DNA from: Ginglymostoma cirratum
Lineage: Eukaryota
Reading direction: 5' to 3'
DNA length: 64,000 nt
Assembly (NCBI GenBank): GCA_024137785.1
Contig: JAHRHZ010000034.1
Span: forward strand, 21,708,082-21,772,081
Below, piece after piece: positions 13,500 to 25,970 of the stretch (positions within the stretch are counted from its first letter, which is position 1; every line of letters begins with the position of its first letter). The notes under the pieces are model-generated. The model had not been told where the DNA came from, ran no database searches, and worked only from the letters and a program-made list of their open reading frames with translations. Made by a program: the position numbers and the translations under genes.

Positions 13500-13810
13500 T
13501 TATCATTAATAACCTATCTGATGCTCTAATTACACTTTAGGGAAGGAAATCTACCTGGCCTACAAATGACTGCTGACACACAGCAATAAACTATTTTCTA
13601 ATCAATCTTTTCAGAGACCTCTGGAACTGGTGGGACTTGAACCTAAGCCTCCTAGCACAAACATAATAATACCATCACTGCAACATAAAAGCCAGCCATA
13701 TACTTGAGTCTAAAAGGATCTAATGAGCCATTCAGTTCAAGGGCAAATAGGATAGACAACAAACGTAGGCTTTGCCAGCAGACCCTACATCTGAAGAAAA
13801 ATGAATATTA
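13500..13810. mobile_element. tRNA-SINE family B fragment with nested short tRNA-SINE (about 13595-13690, minus)
   Basis: tttagggaaggaaatct motif and family tail; the nested part has gggacttgaacc (B-box, reverse). Confidence 0.55.
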
Positions 13811-14629
13811 GTGTTTGATTCTCCAGTTCTAGGCATCAAGCCCAATTCTAAAACCTCCGCGATTGGTTCATTGTAGATCAGGGGCACCAATCATGAGGTT
13901 GACTTGGTTTTTGTGTTTCAGCCACTCACTGGATCAACTTGCTGACTTACTTTGGAGATTTTGAGCTAATGCGATTAATCCTTCTCATATGGATGTGCAG
14001 ACAGATTGCCGTATAGAGTGATTAGCCTATGCAGACTTCTAGGCAGTGTTATTGGCTTACCTCCTGCAATTTATACAGCATGTTTCTGTTATTAGATTAA
14101 AGCTGAAGTTCTATTGTATTGTGAAGATTGGAGATTAGTTATCGTCTACATTCTCAGCTTTATTATTTGCCAAGCTAAAAGCAAGACTTCTGATAACAGT
14201 TTGTTCTGATTAAAGTGGCAGGAGAGTTTCTCAGCTGATCGGAACCTGTCTGCCATATCACTTGCCAGAGACAGATTGATCTCATTGTGAATCTTTCCTT
14301 CAAAACCGCTGAGGGTCGCAATGAATGAATAAAACAAGTGCATTGCTGCAAAAGAAAAGTTGATTAACGTGAGCCACTGGCCCAGCAAAGGGATAATCAA
14401 ACACAAGAGGGAGAATAAATCAATAAGGTGACGGGAGGAGACATACAATTCTGACTGCAAGGCATTATCATTGCCATCATGTGGCGTGTAACTGTGAAGT
14501 TCTGTTGGAACAGTCAGAAGCTTTGCATCACATTACTCTGTCGTGACTGGATATTGGAAAACCTTCTTGCCAAAAAATTCAGATGCAGAGTGAGGAAACA
14601 AAATATTCACTGATTTTATTTATGACCTG

Positions 14630-15025
14630 GAATTCCCTGCCTGAAGGGTCGAATTAAGGCAATAGCTTGGAAAAGAGAATCGGTTAAAAACTTGAAGGGG
14701 CAGGAATCACAGGATTATGAGGAAAGGGGTGCAGGGGTGTGAGATGAATTGCTAACTGTTTCAAAGTGCAAATATAGACATGACGGCCCAAGTGATCCGC
14801 TTTCAAGACTTTATCCTGACTTGGAAATGTTTCGCCGTTCCTTCAGTGTCGCCAGGTAAAAATCCTGGAATGCTCTTCCAAGCACCATTGTGGGTCTACA
14901 TACAGCTCATGGACTGCAGCGGTTCAAGAAGGCAACTCACCACCATCTTCTCAAAAGCAACCAGGGGTGGGCAACAAATGCTGGCCCAGCCAGCAACACC
15001 AACATTTCATGAGTGAATAAAAATG
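14630..15025 (+). mobile_element. CR1 fragment followed by LINE family B 3' end
   Basis: tggaattccctgcctgaaggg CR1 motif; 14810-15025 cctgacttggaaat..ggactgcagcggttcaagaaggca..gtgaataaaa. Confidence 0.7.
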
Positions 15026-15334
15026 ATCTGCTTTTGTCATGTTGAAAATTGTTGTCGGTAGCATTCCAAATCTAAGACCCCCTTTGTGAACAAGGTCAAT
15101 GTAATTTTATTGCTCACACAGTTTAGCCATTCAAAAATTGAGCGCAGCCAGCCTGTTAATATCCCCAACCCCACCCTCTATGGAGTAATATTTTCCCATT
15201 ATTGTTCAGTTATTGTTATTGTCCAGTTACCTGTAGTTAACTCTTCAATTTGAGCATTGTGTGTGGTTGTTTTCTCATTCATATTCCAAGAGCAGAGCGA
15301 AAGGTTATTTACATTAGGAAATGAAATAAAATTC

Positions 15335-15432
15335 ATTCTGAAGAAAACCTTTTTGACGCAAGACGTTAACTCTGTTTCTCTCTCCACAGATGCTGCAAGG
15401 CCTGATGAGTCTGTCCAGCACTTTCTATTTTA
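15335..15432 (+). mobile_element. Penelope terminal-repeat fragment
   Basis: ttctgaagaa..acgttaactctgtttctctctccacagatgctgc matches 51872-51965. Confidence 0.75.
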
Positions 15433-17194
15433 ATTACTTGCCTTAAGAGTCTGTGTTCTGCCATTTCATGACAGCAATCCCCGTTATTCAAAGATAATCC
15501 ATTGCAGAAAGTAGGTAGAGGTAGTTCAGCATGATAAAAGCAGTTGTATGAAGGGCAGGATTGTGTTTCGCACTCATCATGCTACTGATGATTGCATAAA
15601 GTCTGTAATATATCATGAAAATAAAAAATCGCATCTAGTATATTTATTCTTATTTGCTGTTGACCTATTAATATTTATTGATAAAAGACTGTAAAATTTA
15701 CATCAACATATAAATGAACAATTATATATTCTATTCTTCAGGGGTCATTGAACATCAGCCTATTGGTATTATCTTCTCACCATAAAATTTATTAACTCTA
15801 GAGACAGAATGAGGAATTCAATGAGAGTACAGTGGATTTAGAATGAAATTGGACTTGTCATGTCTCTTGTCATGTTGCGTGCAAGTATAAGTAATCCAGT
15901 TTTATAAGTCTTCTTGCTTTCATTTCCGATGTTCTTTCTATCCCCAAAACTTTACATTTTATTATTAAATTCTGCCTGTTTCATGAAGAGATTTTTAGTG
16001 TAAATTTTGGCTTGATGTCTCTGTGTCTCTTTAATTGTGTCGGTTAATGTAACAGATAAAATTTCTGCAAAATGTTTTACAATATAAGCTCCCAATGTAA
16101 AACTTGGGTTAATATATACAAAAGATTTCCACCAGTTCAAGATGCGACAACAGCAAATAAGAATAAATATAGTGGATGAGATTTTTAATTTCATGATATG
16201 TTGTAGTAGGTGTACAACTATTAGTAATACGGCAAATGTGAAATACAATCTTGCCCTTCATGCAATGGCTTTTATCATGCTGAAATATCTCTACCCTACT
16301 TTCTTCAATCTTTGAATAACATATGCTTAAATTCAGAATAACCTTTAGCTTTAGACCCAGATCTGATGATGAGTGCACAAGGAAGAGAGGTTATTCCTGT
16401 AACTGCAGAATTCAGTCTATGCTAGTTATGAAATGATCACCTTTGCCACTTTTGTAGAAAACCTTTTTTTTTAGATTTTAAGTTATATTTTAGCTTTGGA
16501 GAGTTTTGGAGTGTCATCTTCATGGCTATGTCACTGCCTGTTTTTTAAAAAAATTTGAATCCGTAACCTATCATCTTTGTTTCCTGCAGTGCCGGTCTAT
16601 AACGTTTAGTTTGGATTACATTTGCAACTTTAGCCTTTTTATGTTTTATCATGTCAAGCATTCTTAGAAATTTCTTGTATCTGAATAAATTGACAGTCCA
16701 ATTAAAAAGTAGTTGGCTCTGACTTCCTGGGATCAATGCTCTATCTACAGGTTTGTACTGCTATTCGTACTCACAGCAATTAATGGTTTTGGTTGTTTAA
16801 GTTGCTTGTTATCCAGCGTTATTATTCAGTTAATCTTCAATTAGTTCTCTAAATATCTGCCACCAAGATCAAAGAATCAAAGAACAGATTTATAGAGTCA
16901 TAGATCTAGTATTCAGTCATTGCTGCTAACTGTGATGTGATCTTTCCTTCAGCAGGTTTTTCTTTCATTCTGATTCGGCAGTCTTATATTCACTTCCATG
17001 ACACGAGAAACTGGGCGTGCATATTCTAGTAATAAAGAATCCAACAGAAGCTTCTTACAACAAACTTTTAAGTACAAACACTATGTTCACACCTTCTTCA
17101 ATGTCTAACATTAAATGAATCAATTACAACTGAGGAGCAGGCTTCAAGTGATTTGAATTTAATAGTGTGTGAGATCTTTATGTGCTAAAGGTGT

Positions 17195-17487
17195 GGGGTG
17201 GCACTGTGGCTCAGCAGTTAGCACTGCTGCCTCAGAGCACCAGGCACCTGGGTTCACTTGCAGTCTTGGGCATCTGTCTGTGTGGATATTGCATATTCCA
17301 TTTGTGACTGTGTGGGTTTCTGCTGGGTGGTCTCGTTTCCCTTCACGGTCCAAAGGTGTGCAAGCTAGGGGGGTTTTCCATGGGCAGTGCAGGGTTACTG
17401 GAGTAGGGTGCGTGGGTCTGAATAGGATGCTGTTCAGAGTGTTAGTGTGGGCTTGATGGCCTGCTTCCACACTGTAGGAATCCTATG
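17195..17487 (+). mobile_element. HE1-type V-SINE
   Basis: ggtggcactgtggctcagcagttagcactgctgcctca..gggttc head, V-domain and CR1-like tail. Confidence 0.85.
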
Positions 17488-19009
17488 TACTATGTTATCA
17501 TTTTGATAATGTCAGGAGCATGTTTTGAAAGTATAAGGTATGCTGACATATTGATCTCGAGAGATAACACCACAATTGCATCTCCAAAGTACTTCTTATG
17601 TAAAATGCTTTGAGACATCTAGTGGTCATGAAAAAGCATTATATAAATGCAAGTCTTTCTTTTTGCGACTGACAGCCTGTCTGCTTAATCATTGACACTT
17701 GGTATACAAATGTTCCCATCCTCAAACGAATATTTGAATTAAGCATTAGTGCCCACTTTAGGCAAAATGCTGCTACTCACAAATACATGGCTTAAAATCA
17801 AGGTGAAGTTCTGTTGCACGGAGTTCCAAAACATTCTTTATTACCTATTGCCTAATTTCTGCCAGCGTAGTGACAGTGCCAGTTTCGGTTGGCAGTGGGA
17901 AATCTCACTGACAATCTTCATGTTTGAAATTCAAAGTGCGATCCTTGTTCTTTTCAACCTTTGTGCACTTTTGAAGCTCCCTTTATTCCCTTAAAAGTTT
18001 ACAGCTGGGATCCTTAAATTTGACCTCATTCTGCCCCTTTTTAGTCCTTCACATTTTCATCAGGTCTCATTGGGGGGCAAGTAGAATTTTTTTTTATTTT
18101 CTTTCTATCTCTAACCCAGCAAGTTACATCTCAGAGGTAAAAGCAATCTCTGCCTTTGATGTGTAATATTCTTGTTACAAATTAGCAGATTATCTCCAAA
18201 TGGGTTAGGATAGGAAGTTAAATAAACTATAGGACCCTATCTTCAATGTTAAGGTATGATTAGATGCTGTGTTCTCTTCTCTCTGATGGGCCAAATGGCC
18301 TCATTTGCTTTGTCAAAGATCTGATAAATCATTGATACAATTTGGAGCCTGGTTTTGGAAGGAAATTTCAGGAAGTCATGTATATCAGGAATTATACAGA
18401 AATAGAGCATACTCACATAACTGCCCAACAGTCACCAAAAAAATCTAATTTTATTCTCAAAAACACACAGGACAGCAATTTATATTATGCTTGAAATTAT
18501 TCTGTTGCTTCTGTTATTTTTTAAATGTGAGTTTTCTCAGTTGTACATTGTGATAGTACAGACCAGGAGAGCTTCAGATTTGGTCTCAGCTAAGATAATC
18601 CTTAGCGTAGAGGCTTTGTGTCTGGCCAGTATCAGTGAACTCTCCTGGGAAGTGCCCATTTGCAGATATCAAGGTTGACTGTAATGCCAGCCTTTCTCCA
18701 TAATAGTTGAGAAACCTATTACCATCTACTCTCCTGCAAAGTTGTTTGACTACAGTAATAGGAGTAGTGGGCTATTGCCACCAGTGGAATTATGTTCTAC
18801 AATTAGACAGCAGATTCAGCAGAGCATGCAGAGATTCATAGAAGGGCAGTATTTGTACTCAGAGAATAAATAAATGTCTTTATTCCATTATGGATTTGCG
18901 AAGGTCAAGCTTTTACTTGTGAGAAAACAGGTTTCACACTTTCCTGTTAATACGTTTTGATTAGCAATTTTTTTTATGAATGAAATCAGTAGGCAATTAA
19001 AAGAAAACA

Positions 19010-19412
19010 GAAAGTCTTCTTGCACCTTTCATGACCTTAAGATATTCTATTGTGCTTTCAACCATAGAAGCATCTTTGAAATGTAATTACTTTACAGGAA
19101 ACAACCAATTTGCAAGCAGCAAAACCTCACAGACAGGAATATAATAATGGCCAAGTAACCTGCATTAGTGATGCTGATTAAGAGATAAATATTGACCAGG
19201 GAAACAGAGATATTCTCCTCTGCTCTTTTGTGAATGCAGTGCCATGAGATCTTTAATGTTCACCCAAAGTGTAATTTTTTTTTAACATCTCATCTAAAGG
19301 ATAGGATCTTTGATCTCATTGGAGTGTGAGCCTGGGTTTTGTGCTCAGGTCTGTGGAGTAGATTTGAACTTACAACCTGTAAGTGGGACACCTACCAACT
19401 GAGGCACAGCTC
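19010..19412 (-). mobile_element. DeuSINE (SacSINE1-like), decayed
   Basis: Deu-domain-like gtgccatgagatctttaatgttcacc..aacatctcatctaaag; tRNA head (tttgaac..ccaactgag) at the right; L2-like tail at the left, also seen at 17600-17662. Confidence 0.65.
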
Positions 19413-19563
19413 AAATAGAGACTAATTTTCAAAAAAATCAGACTCTAACCCAGGCAATGCTTGCTGTAAGACATTTAAATTTGACACACTTTTTACACAT
19501 TAAGAAGGGACTGGTACATTGCAAAAATGTTCACACTTTCATTTCAAATGATTCATTTCATTT

Positions 19564-19690
19564 TTGAAGAAGGGTCTAGGCCCGAAACGTCAGCTTTCCT
19601 GCTCCTCTGATGCTGCTTGGCCTACTGCGTTCATCCAGCTCTACACCTTGTTATCTCAGATTCTCCAGCATCTGCAGTTCCGGCTATCGC
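19564..19690 (+). mobile_element. Penelope terminal repeat with hammerhead core
   Basis: tgaagaagggtctaggcccgaaacgtc..ttatctcagattctccagcatctgcagt; same subfamily as the arms at 30002-30770. Confidence 0.85.
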
Positions 19691-19914
19691 TGCCTTTGAA
19701 TTCTACTGAGTTGGAAGAGACAGAAAATGATGTATTTGTAGCTTGCATTCTATCCTGCATTTGAAAATGATTACAATTTCCAACACTGTAAGAAACTGTA
19801 TTAGTTCCAGTTTTTGAAGTGATAACCACTCCACTTCATAGCATGGAAGCAATGGAGATAATTGTCCTTGCATTACACCACAATTCCTTCTGAAACTATG
19901 GAGTCAATAGCTTT

Positions 19915-20145
19915 TTTTGTTTACTCTTTCACAGTGTGTGAGCATCTCTGGCAATACCAGCCTTTGCTGCCAATTCCTATTTGCCCTTGAATGTCTTGCT
20001 AGGCTATTTCAGAGAGTAGTTAAGACTTAAATACATTGCTGTAGGTCTAGAGTCTGGTGCAGGACAGACCGGGAACAAGGATTAAATACATTGGTGAACC
20101 AGATGGCCTTCTTGATGAGAATTGATAGTATTTTTGTCACCTAGT
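19915..20145 (-). mobile_element. tRNA-SINE family B, decayed
   Basis: acattgctgtaggtctagagtc..cattggtgaaccagatgg. Confidence 0.7.
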
Positions 20146-21282
20146 TTTCAATTCCAATGTTATCATGCTGTAGTAACATACATAGATACTCTGTAATTGC
20201 TGTCAAAATTCCTTTCAAAAATATATTTAGTTGCAATGTGGTTATAACAGATAATAAGCAGGGAATAAAAGTAGCAGAAATGTGATTTTTGTTACTAAAG
20301 CCCAACCTGTTATAACTGAGAAGGAAGACAATAAAAATACAAAATGCACATGTCTGATTCAGGGGCACGTATCTTTCAGTCAATTTAGTCTGCTGATGTG
20401 CTGCATTATTTTTAGGAATTGATGCTGCTTGAGATGATTTTACTCTCTGGTTGCAATGCGGGACTCTAGTGACACAATAATCAATGCCCTCAATTTTTTC
20501 ATTGAGATTTGACAAGGCAAGAAATATCCAGAACCATCCTTTCCATGATGGTGACTTTCTTGTGCTTACATGTACTGCTAAAGTAACACCTCAAGAGGTG
20601 ACTGGATTTTTCCTCTCTTTATTTCAATGACAGAGACAAGGAGGAATTCAGCAAATATGGAACATTATTGTGTGCGCACATCTCTGTGCCAAGAGAAAAC
20701 AGAGATAAGTGCAAAGGCAGCAGACATAAAGGGGCAAAGACACAGACAGAAGCAGACAGCCAGCGAAGTATTAGATCAGGGACTACATGCAGCTGTCAGC
20801 CTAGCTTTGGTATGAATGAGTGACAGGGAAGGTGGAACAGAGTAACCCAAGGAGAAACTAGGCCCTAGCTAGATTAGAATTGTAACCCAGGTTTCCAGCA
20901 ACTGTGTTAATTCAAATGGGCTATCATATAGAGTCTCAGGACTTTTAATACTTGGAAACAATTGCTGTTTTTGACTTATTCTTTGACTTCTTTCATGAAT
21001 GTTCTTATGAGTGGAATAAAACTGAAAATTTACATTCTTTATACTTAATGATTTGAAAAATTGGGATGCTTAGGAATTACATTATACATTAAAGTTATAA
21101 AATTGCATATACCTTTTCAATAAGCCTTAATAACTTTGATTCGAATGACTCTACTAATCAGATGATCAGGCGATTTTGTATTCTGGATTGTTATTTCTGT
21201 GCAATGCTGAGGGAATGATAAACTGTCGGAATGGATGTTAACTTAAAGTGCTGGCTACTTGTTCCTCCCACTCATAAATTAT

Positions 21283-22540
21283 GTCATAGACTCATAGAGT
21301 CATATAGCAGTACAGCATGGAAACAAACCCGTCAGTCCAACTCATCCGTGCTGACCAAATATCCTAAATTTTTTTTTATTCATTCATGGGATAGGGCGTC
21401 ATTGGCGAGGACAGCATTCGTTGCCCATTCCTAATTGCCCAGAGGGCAATTAAGAGTCAACCACATTGCTGTGGCTCTGGGCTCACAAAGGCCAGACCAG
21501 GTAAGGATGGCAGTTTCCTTCCCTAAAGGACATTAGTGAACCTGATGGTTTTTTCTGACAACTGACAATGGATTCATGATCATCGTTATACTCTTAATTC
21601 CAGATTTTATTTAAAAATTAAATTCAAATTCTACGATCTGCCACAGCGGGATTTGAACCCAGGTCCAATTTGCCAGCATTTGGCCCATATCCCTCTAAAC
21701 CCTTCCCATTTATATACCCATCCAAATGCCTTTTAATTGTTGCAATTGTACCAGCCTCCACCACTTTCTCCAGCTTGTTCCATACACACACAACCCTCTG
21801 CATGAAAATGTTGCCCCTTATGTCCATTTTAAATCTTTATCCTCTCACCTTAAACCTATGCCCTCGAGTTTTGGACTGCGTTACACTGGGGAAAAGACAT
21901 TGACTATTCACCCTATCCATGCCCCTCATGATTTTATAAACCTTTGTAAGGTCACCTCTCAACCTCTGACACTCCAGGGGTAAACAGCCCCAACCTATTC
22001 AGCCTCTCCCTGTAGCTCAAACCCTCCAACACTAGCAACAGCCTTGCAATTCTTTTCTGAATACTTCCAAGTTTCACAACATCCTTCCTATAGTAGGGAG
22101 ACCAGAATTGAATGCAGTATTTCAAATGTGGTCTACCCAATGTCTTGTAACTCCTATACCTAATGTACTGACTAATAAAGGCAAGCATACCAAATGGTCT
22201 CTTCACTGCCCTGTCTACCTGCAACTTTAATTTCAAGGAACTATGAACCTGCACTCAAGTCTTTTTGTTCACAACACTTCTCAGGCCCTTCCCAATAAGT
22301 GTTTAAGTCCTGCCCTGATTTGCCTTTTCAAAATGCAGAACCTCACATTTATCTAAAATAAACTCCATCTGCCTCTCCTCAGCCGCCAGTCCACCTGATC
22401 GAGGTTCCGTTGTACTCTGAGGTAACCTTCTTCGCTGTTCACTGCACCTCCAATTTTGGTATCATCTGCAAACTTACTAACTATATCTCCTTTGTTCACA
22501 TCCAAATCGTTTATGTAAATGACAAATGGCAGTGGGCCTA
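21283..22540 (-). mobile_element. CR1 LINE 3' portion with nested tRNA-SINE B (about 21370-21665)
   Basis: ORFs GPLPFVIYINDLD..SKFADDTKIGG and RPHLKYCIQFWSPYYRKD; tail tcatagactcatagag. Confidence 0.9.
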
Positions 22541-23259
22541 CTAAATATAAAAATGAATTTCTATTATACAATAAAGAGCTCTTAGTACTTTTCAAAGAAA
22601 AGCAATGAAGTCCCTGTCACAACAAAGTTATTCGCTTCACATCCAGCAAAGACAGTTTCGCCAGTGTGCAAATTAACTATGTCTTTTGCTTAAATATCAG
22701 CAGTAACTGAATTTTAAAGTAGTGCATTGCATGTAAAGGTCTTTGTGATATGTGGGAGAAATGTGATAAGGTGCTACGTTGAATGCAATTTCTTTCATCT
22801 ACAATTTTTGTAGTTCCTAGTTCCCATGGTAACGTATCTTCAGAATCTACCCGGCTCCTTTCCTCTTTGTGATGATACTGTGCCAATCTATGCTGTTTTG
22901 CGAGGTGAGCCAGTGTGGCACAGAATAAAGGCAACACATGACAAAAGATATTGAGCTGAAAGGGCAAGAACCAGTTGGCATTCAAGTTGACAAATGGGGC
23001 ATAGCTATTCTATTTACCAATAAATACTAATTTTGCAATTGGCAGTAAGCTGTGTGCTTTTCAAAAGAGAAGAACCATTTACAACACAATAATTTCTCTG
23101 TAAAGGTAAATACTGTATGTTTACTGAGTTAATTCTAATGATCTATTATCAAAACAGAGGAGAAAATTGTGACTCTTACCAGTAAGGTACTGTTAGAATG
23201 ATGAACTGTATGTTGTATTCATGAAGTATCGTACCCTGCAGTAGCCAACATAAGATCAA

Positions 23260-23710
23260 AAGACATAATAGCAGAAGTAGGCCATTCAGGCCATTGAGTC
23301 AGCTCCCCCATACAATGAGGTTATGACAGATCTGAAACTCCAATTTCCTGTCTTTTCCCTTCAGTTTCCTTGATACCTTCACTGTTTAGAGATTTGTCTG
23401 TTTCAATCTTGAATATATGTAATAAGCCAGACTCAACAACCCTCTGGGTTAAAGAATTCCACAGATTCACAACCCTCTGACAGAAGAAAATTCTCCTTAT
23501 CTTCGGCTGAGATTATACTCTCTGGTCTAGACTCTCCTATAAGGAGAGAAAACCATTCCACATCCAACCTGTTGGGATCTCTAAGAATCTTAAGTATTTC
23601 AATAAGATCTCTCATCCTTATAAACTCCAAAGAATGCCGGCCCAACCTCATCACAATTTCTCATAAAACAGTTCCTCTACGTCCAGGGATTAATCTGGTG
23701 AACCATCTCT
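23260..23710 (-). mobile_element. CR1 3' fragment
   Basis: SLEFIRMRDLIEILKILR; gcagaagtaggccattcagg 3'UTR. Confidence 0.85.
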
Positions 23711-24137
23711 TACTTTAGAGGCACAATACAGAAGATGAGAGATATATTTTCTTTAGAAGTACTCACTTGGTGCCATTGACTATGACCTTAGACCATATTC
23801 CACCCTCTTCTTTCTTTCTGTTGGAAAACAAAGGAAACATATTGATACAAGGAGCTGAATTTTCCCCTTTGCATTAATGGGTTTCATGGTATCACCTCTG
23901 CCATGGGCCAACACAATTTACCTCATGCAACCTTCCATCTTTCAGTTCATTAAGTATGAAAACAATATATTGGGTATGTTTTTGGTGAATCTCGTGGAGA
24001 CCAAGGTGGAAGTTCTCACTACTGCAAAAACCTTCTGGCTTCCAGGTCTTGGCACCATATTTAAATCTAACTGTACTCCACTTCAGATGCTGCAATCCAG
24101 GAATCACCCATCACACTGTTGTGCTTGTCCAAAACAG

Positions 24138-24660
24138 ATGTTGCAGAAGAAAACTAAGCACGCTACCTGCTTTACGGAAAAGAATATCAAGGAGCTAGTG
24201 GATGGGGGCGGGGGAGTGGCATGCGGAATGATGTGGTGCAGTCAAGATCTCTTGTCTTTCTAGCTGGCTGCAGAAAGATTCCCCCATTAATAGACCCAGC
24301 CCAACATGGGCAGAGATAACAAAATGTATCAGTGTTGTTTCCTGAGTGAAAAGAGAGAAGTTCAATGATCTCCTGCATTCCACAAGGGTATTTGAAACCT
24401 TTCTTTCTCTCTGTTACCTCACTGTCTAAGTGCATAAACCTCTCACCAAGGGTAATGGACTGCAGCCATGAGTTTCACGTGCATCCTTATTCTTGGCAAG
24501 GACTAACACTTCTCGCGCTCTGCACTTCATACACTTGCTGGGGACACCTCACCACATTTGCTGCTCATTCGTGACCATTAATTGTTCTTGAATGCACTTC
24601 CATCATACCCTTTCTCTTTCTCTCAGTACAGGAAAAACTGGTTCACAAATGGGGCAAGAG
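24138..24660 (+). pseudogene. PIF/Harbinger transposon Myb/SANT-like gene relic with GT-AG intron (24388-24631)
   Basis: MLQKKTKHATCFTEKNIKELVDG..VVQSRSLVF..PTWAEITKCISVVS*VKREKFNDLLHSTR|gt..ag|EKLVHK resembles the Harbinger Myb pattern APRFxxxELxxLV..WxEIA..RKKFNDL..EKLAHN; TIR-like ggagctgaatttt at 23851. Confidence 0.7.
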
Positions 24661-24664
24661 CTGG

Positions 24665-24935
24665 TGCCATGGTAGATGGTGGAATTTGGATGCAATAAAG
24701 AATCTATAATTAAGAGCGTAATGATGACCATGAAACTGTTGTTGATTGTCAGGAAAAGTCCATCTGGTTCACTAATGTCCTTGAGGGAAGAAAATCTACC
24801 GTCCTTACCTGGTCTAGCCTACATGTAATTCCAGGCCCACAACAATGTGGTTGACTCTTAACTGCTCTCTGGGCAATTAGGAAAGACAACAAATGCTCGC
24901 CTGGTCAGCGATGGAGTGATGGATAAAATAAAATC
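24665..24935 (+). mobile_element. tRNA-SINE family B (5'-truncated)
   Basis: agatggtggaattt..catctggttcactaatgtcc..gggcaattagg. Confidence 0.85.
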
Positions 24936-25970
24936 CCATTTTACAGCTCATAGTCCATATGCTTGAAGGCTATTTCAACACTAGTGAATATCTAAATATT
25001 TAAATATCATGAGACTGTTTAATTCTTTCACTCTTTCAGGGAGTGAGATCCAGACTCCTATCATCAACTGAGTGAAAAAAATACTTTTCAACTAACCTCT
25101 TATTCTTCTACCTCTTAACTTAAATCTATAACACCCCCATCCCTCAACCAAGAGAAAAAGTGCCTTCCGATCTTCTGTTTCTACGCTTCTCACAATTTTA
25201 TACACCTCTCTCAGCTGTATCAACCTTTGATGCTCCAAGGAAAACAACCTTAGACTATCTAATCTTTCCTCACAGCTCAGACCATCCAGCCCAGCTAGCA
25301 TCCAGTAAATCTCTGCTGTCCCCTCTCTCGTCCAATCACATCCTTCCTATAATGTGATGACCAGACTGCGCATAGTATGCTAGCTGTGCTGTAGCCTGCG
25401 CTTTACAGGGAATCTCTGACTTATGAAAGTCCAACTTATGATTGCTTGTACTTATAAACGAGATCCCATAGTACTACTAATTTTAAGCATCCGACATGTC
25501 AACGTTTGCTTGTGCTTATGATCAGATATTTTATCTGCGTTGTGTTCTGACTTGCATACATGTTCTGACTTAGGAACGTATTCTGTTCATAACCTGGGCA
25601 CTGCCTGTATACAGTTCCAGCATAAATCTCTTGCTCTTATATTCTAAGCCTTAGCTAATAAAAAGATGTGTCCCGCATGCCTTCCTAATCACACTATCTA
25701 CATGCCCTATTACTTCAGTAATCTGTGGATATGCACACTGAGGTCAGTCTGATCTTCAGTACTTTCTAGGGTCTTCCTAGTGTAAATCCTTGCTTGTTAG
25801 CCCTCCCCAAGGGAATTGATTCACATTCGTTTGAGGTGAATTCCATTTGTCACTATTCTGCCTGCCTGACCAGTCAGTTGATACTGTCCTGCAGTTTACA
25901 GCTACTCTCCTCACTACTTATCATCTAGCCAATTTAGGTGTCATCCACCAAATTCTTCATCGTATTCCAT
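24935..25970 (-). mobile_element. Old CR1 LINE fragment
   Basis: ORF LSCEERLDSLRLFSLEHQRL; gtcatccacc (ADD-like region) near 25940. Confidence 0.8.
25406..25607. mobile_element. Tc1/mariner (Tigger-like) MITE
   Basis: TA|CAGGGAATCTCTGACTTATGAA ... TTCATAACCTGGGCACTGCCTG|TA imperfect TIRs with TA TSD, splitting the CR1 sequence gcttta/tacagttcc. Confidence 0.8.

Noticed and set aside
17195-17270. tRNA gene-like A/B boxes (also 27470-27533, 40850, 60265)
   Set aside because: These are SINE heads; there is no complete cloverleaf and each continues into a SINE body.
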